From: Chryseobacterium gleum | Lineage (GTDB): Bacteria > Bacteroidota > Bacteroidia > Flavobacteriales_F > PHOS-HE28 | Reading direction: 5' to 3' | Assembly (NCBI GenBank): GCA_945872795.1 | Contig: CAMCAZ010000001.1 | Span: 56,085-120,084, forward strand | Length of the DNA: 64,000 nucleotides | Part shown: positions 61,634 through 64,000 of the stretch, one piece after another | Layout of the letters: each line of letters opens with the position of its first letter | Numbering within the stretch: position 1 is the first letter of the stretch | Made by a program: the position numbers and the translations under genes | The notes under the pieces: generated by a model | Seen by the model: only the letters and a program-made list of their open reading frames with translations | What the model was told of the DNA's origin: nothing | Database searches by the model: none

Positions 61634-64000
61634 ATGACACGCGCGAGGGCACTTCTGTTCCTGATGGTCTGGGTTTGTATCCTTCCGGTCCGAGCCCAGC
61701 ATGATTGTCGTTCCACCAAGCAAGGCCATGACACGGCGCGAAGGGCGCAGAAGAGTGGTGATGGAGCGCTGGCCACCTGGCCATGGGACCTCCTACACCA
61801 ACGGATCACGCTCGACCTCACCTTGGGTAGCATCATCGCCGGGCAGTGCGCCATCACCGCCGTGCCGCGTGCAGATGGCACCGCCACATTCCCTCTTCAC
61901 CTGCTTGACCTCACCGTGGATTCCGTGACCAGCGGATCCGCCCCCCTCGCCTTCATCCAAGAGGATGAACTGCTCACAATAACCATGGCCGGGCTATACA
62001 ACAGCACGGACACCGTGGACCTTACCGTGCATTACCGCGGCGACCCGGCTACAGACCCCAGTGGTTTCGGTGGGTTCTACACCGGTTCACCCTACACCTA
62101 CAACCTGGGAGTAGCCTTCCAAAGCATCCCGCACTCCTATGGCCGATCATGGTTCCCCTGCGTGGACAACTTCACCGAGCGCAACAGCTACGAGTTCCTT
62201 GTGCGCACCAGTGGAGGCCGCAGTGCTTGGTGCAATGGTGAATTGGTCCAGGTGACCGCATTGGGGGGCGATACACTTCTGCATCACTGGCGCATCGAGG
62301 AGACCATTCCCGCCTACCTCGCCTCTGTGGCGGCAGCGAACTACACCGCGGTCCACGACACCTTCCCCAGCCTCTCGGGGGATCAGATCCCCGTGGTGCT
62401 CGTCGCGCGGCCCCAGGATACGGCGGCGATGCGCGCATCCTTCCTCCACCTGCCTGATGCCTTCGCCCATTTCGAAGAGCGTTTCGGCGCTTACCGATGG
62501 AACAAGGTCGGCTACGTGCTCACCTCCCAGGGGGCCATGGAACACTCCACCAGCATCCACTATCCCGCATCGATCGTTGATGGTACGCTGGAGTATGAGG
62601 CCATCATGGCCCACGAGCTGGCCCACCAGTGGTTCGGCGACCTGGTGACCTGTGAACGGGCCGAAGAGATGTACATCAATGAGGGCGGAGCCGAGTTCCT
62701 CAGCTTTCTCTTCCAGGAGGCCGTCTACGGTCGCGAGCGCTACATGCAGGTGATCCGCGACAACCACCGCAGCGTGGTGCACCGCGCCCATCGTGCGGAC
62801 GACGGATGGTGGGCATTGTCCGAGATACCCCAGGAATGGACCTACGGCGAACACGCCTATAACAAGGGTGCCGATGTGCTGCACAGCCTGCGCGGCTACA
62901 TGGGCGACACGCTCTTCTTCGAAGGGCTCACCAGCTTTCTGGATACCTACGCCTTTCAACCGGTGAACAGCACCATGCTTCGAGACCACTTGGAACTGGT
63001 GAGCGATATGCCCTTGACCGACTTCTTCGACGACTGGATCTTCCAACCAGGTTGGGCCGCCTTCGAAGTGGATTCCGCCAACGTGGACCCGATGCCCGGA
63101 CCTGACGGATCCTATGCGACCACCGTGCACATCGAACAAAAGCAGCGTGGTCCCTCGGAGCCCTACACCAACGTGCCCATGATGCTGAGCTGTTACAGCG
63201 CTGCCGGTGAACGCTGGGTGCATCCGGAACCTGTTCTTGTGGGAGGCGTCACCTGCTCGGTGCAGACCGCCCCGCCCTTCATCACTGACCATGTCATCCT
63301 GAACGAGGAGGAGCGCATCAGCCAGGCCGTAACGGTGGATACGGACACCTTGGACGGAACGGGGAACACCTTCTACCCACATGCAGACCTGCGCATCACC
63401 GTCAACAGCATCAATGCACCGATACCCGTCCGTGTGGAGGAGTATTGGGTGGCAGCCGACGATGTGGTGGACGAGCCTTTTGCCTACCAGGTCTCACCGG
63501 ACCGCTGGTGGCGGATCCATGGCACCGTTCCCGATGATGCCTCCCTCAGTGGCCGGATCCTGTACGATGGTCGACCGGAGTTCGGATCTTCCTTCGACGT
63601 GGGCCTGATGCAGGATGCCGGCGGGGTCAGCTTCCGGGAGGACAGCCTGGTGCTGCTCTATCGGCCCAACGCCTCCTGGCCTTGGTCGCTGCATCCGGAT
63701 CATGCCGTGAACGTGGTGAGCAACCCCACCGACAAGCAGGGACGGGTGGACTTCAATGGTCTTGTGGCAGGTGATTATACCCTGGCCTGGCGGAAGAGCG
63801 CCACAGGGATGGCACATCTTGAGGACCAGCCCCGATTCACGATACACCCCAATCCGGCCGCGGACCTGCTGCGCATCACCTGCACAGGGAACATCGACAT
63901 CACACGGCTCTCGTTCATCGATGCACGCGGACGCACCGCCCTGAGGAGTGAAGGACCGGAAGTGGACCGTACGATCGACGTGAGCGCCCTGGCATCGGGC
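61634..64000 (+). CDS. M1-family metallopeptidase with type-A T9SS C-terminal sorting domain; 3' end at or just beyond the window edge
   Basis: Not in the ORF track. My translation from the ATG at 61634 gives MTRARALLFLMVWVCILPVRAQ (signal peptide) ...AIMAHELAHQWFGDLVTCERAEEMYINEGGAEFLS (HExxH+E, about 62590-62700). The same frame at the window end reads ...FTIHPNPAADLLRITCTGNIDITRLSFIDARGRTALRSEGPEVDRTIDVSALASG, a Por_Secre_tail. The antisense ORF at 62147..63382 is a GC shadow. Confidence 0.7.
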   Translation, partial: MTRARALLFLMVWVCILPVRAQHDCRSTKQGHDTARRAQKSGDGALATWPWDLLHQRITLDLTLGSIIAGQCAITAVPRADGTATFPLHLLDLTVDSVTSGSAPLAFIQEDELLTITMAGLYNSTDTVDLTVHYRGDPATDPSGFGGFYTGSPYTYNLGVAFQSIPHSYGRSWFPCVDNFTERNSYEFLVRTSGGRSAWCNGELVQVTALGGDTLLHHWRIEETIPAYLASVAAANYTAVHDTFPSLSGDQIPVVLVARPQDTAAMRASFLHLPDAFAHFEERFGAYRWNKVGYVLTSQGAMEHSTSIHYPASIVDGTLEYEAIMAHELAHQWFGDLVTCERAEEMYINEGGAEFLSFLFQEAVYGRERYMQVIRDNHRSVVHRAHRADDGWWALSEIPQEWTYGEHAYNKGADVLHSLRGYMGDTLFFEGLTSFLDTYAFQPVNSTMLRDHLELVSDMPLTDFFDDWIFQPGWAAFEVDSANVDPMPGPDGSYATTVHIEQKQRGPSEPYTNVPMMLSCYSAAGERWVHPEPVLVGGVTCSVQTAPPFITDHVILNEEERISQAVTVDTDTLDGTGNTFYPHADLRITVNSINAPIPVRVEEYWVAADDVVDEPFAYQVSPDRWWRIHGTVPDDASLSGRILYDGRPEFGSSFDVGLMQDAGGVSFREDSLVLLYRPNASWPWSLHPDHAVNVVSNPTDKQGRVDFNGLVAGDYTLAWRKSATGMAHLEDQPRFTIHPNPAADLLRITCTGNIDITRLSFIDARGRTALRSEGPEVDRTIDVSALASG

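Noticed and set aside
62147-63382. 411-aa minus-strand ORF listed in the track
   Set aside because: Its translation is low-complexity and motif-free (G/R/H/V-rich). The plus strand in the same region encodes an M1 peptidase with the HELAHQWFGD zinc site and a T9SS tail, so this is an antisense GC shadow.

Overview
This is a high-GC window from a Bacteroidota-type genome, with 46 protein-coding genes called, one tRNA (tRNA-Glu), four predicted terminators and three predicted promoters. The assignment rests on T9SS C-terminal sorting domains of both type A and type B, a PorP/SprF gene, a giant SprB-repeat adhesin, a GWxTD protein, and TAnnTTTG -7 promoter elements. There are no rRNA genes, CRISPR arrays or mobile elements.

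Layout from the left (minus strand): the 5' part of an adenylate-forming enzyme runs off the window start. The ORF track misses it. It is translationally coupled to a QW-motif alpha/alpha-toroid (prenyltransferase / terpene-cyclase-like) protein, then wecB and radC. After that come rpsT, with its own promoter and terminator, and a Wza/Wzc/Wzx/Wzy-type polysaccharide locus. That locus has the initiating sugar transferase, a WecG/TagA ManNAc transferase, an epimerase, glycosyltransferases and a Zn-ribbon GT-B-like protein. It is interrupted by a convergent T9SS-secreted beta-helix+CBM protein and ends next to tRNA-Glu.

The centre of the window is housekeeping: proS, Nif3 plus a zinc-ribbon coiled-coil protein, lpxK, a purine nucleoside phosphorylase, gatB, a TlpA-like reductase, an M1 peptidase, an LpxH-like hydrolase, an MFS transporter, gap, lipA, an OsmC protein, ung, an Omp85-like protein, an L,D-transpeptidase, rmuC, the GWxTD protein and rlmB. 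A choice-of-anchor-B T9SS cargo gene is embedded in the lpxK-gatB operon. A Gly/Tyr/Trp-rich low-complexity lipoprotein is paired with a FadL-like outer-membrane barrel.

The right third holds a 2.8-kaa SprB-repeat adhesin with a type-B T9SS CTD, followed by PorP/SprF and an OmpA/TPR/beta-propeller protein and preceded by a small secreted protein. Then come a K/E-rich helical hypothetical (minus strand) and a second M1 peptidase with a T9SS CTD that runs off the window end; the track misses it too.

Most novelty potential: (1) the adenylase + QW-toroid + wecB tailoring module; (2) the GY-rich lipoprotein / FadL-like pair; (3) the SprB-like adhesin module with its accessory proteins; (4) a conserved extended promoter motif, TAnnTTTGCCGTCC.
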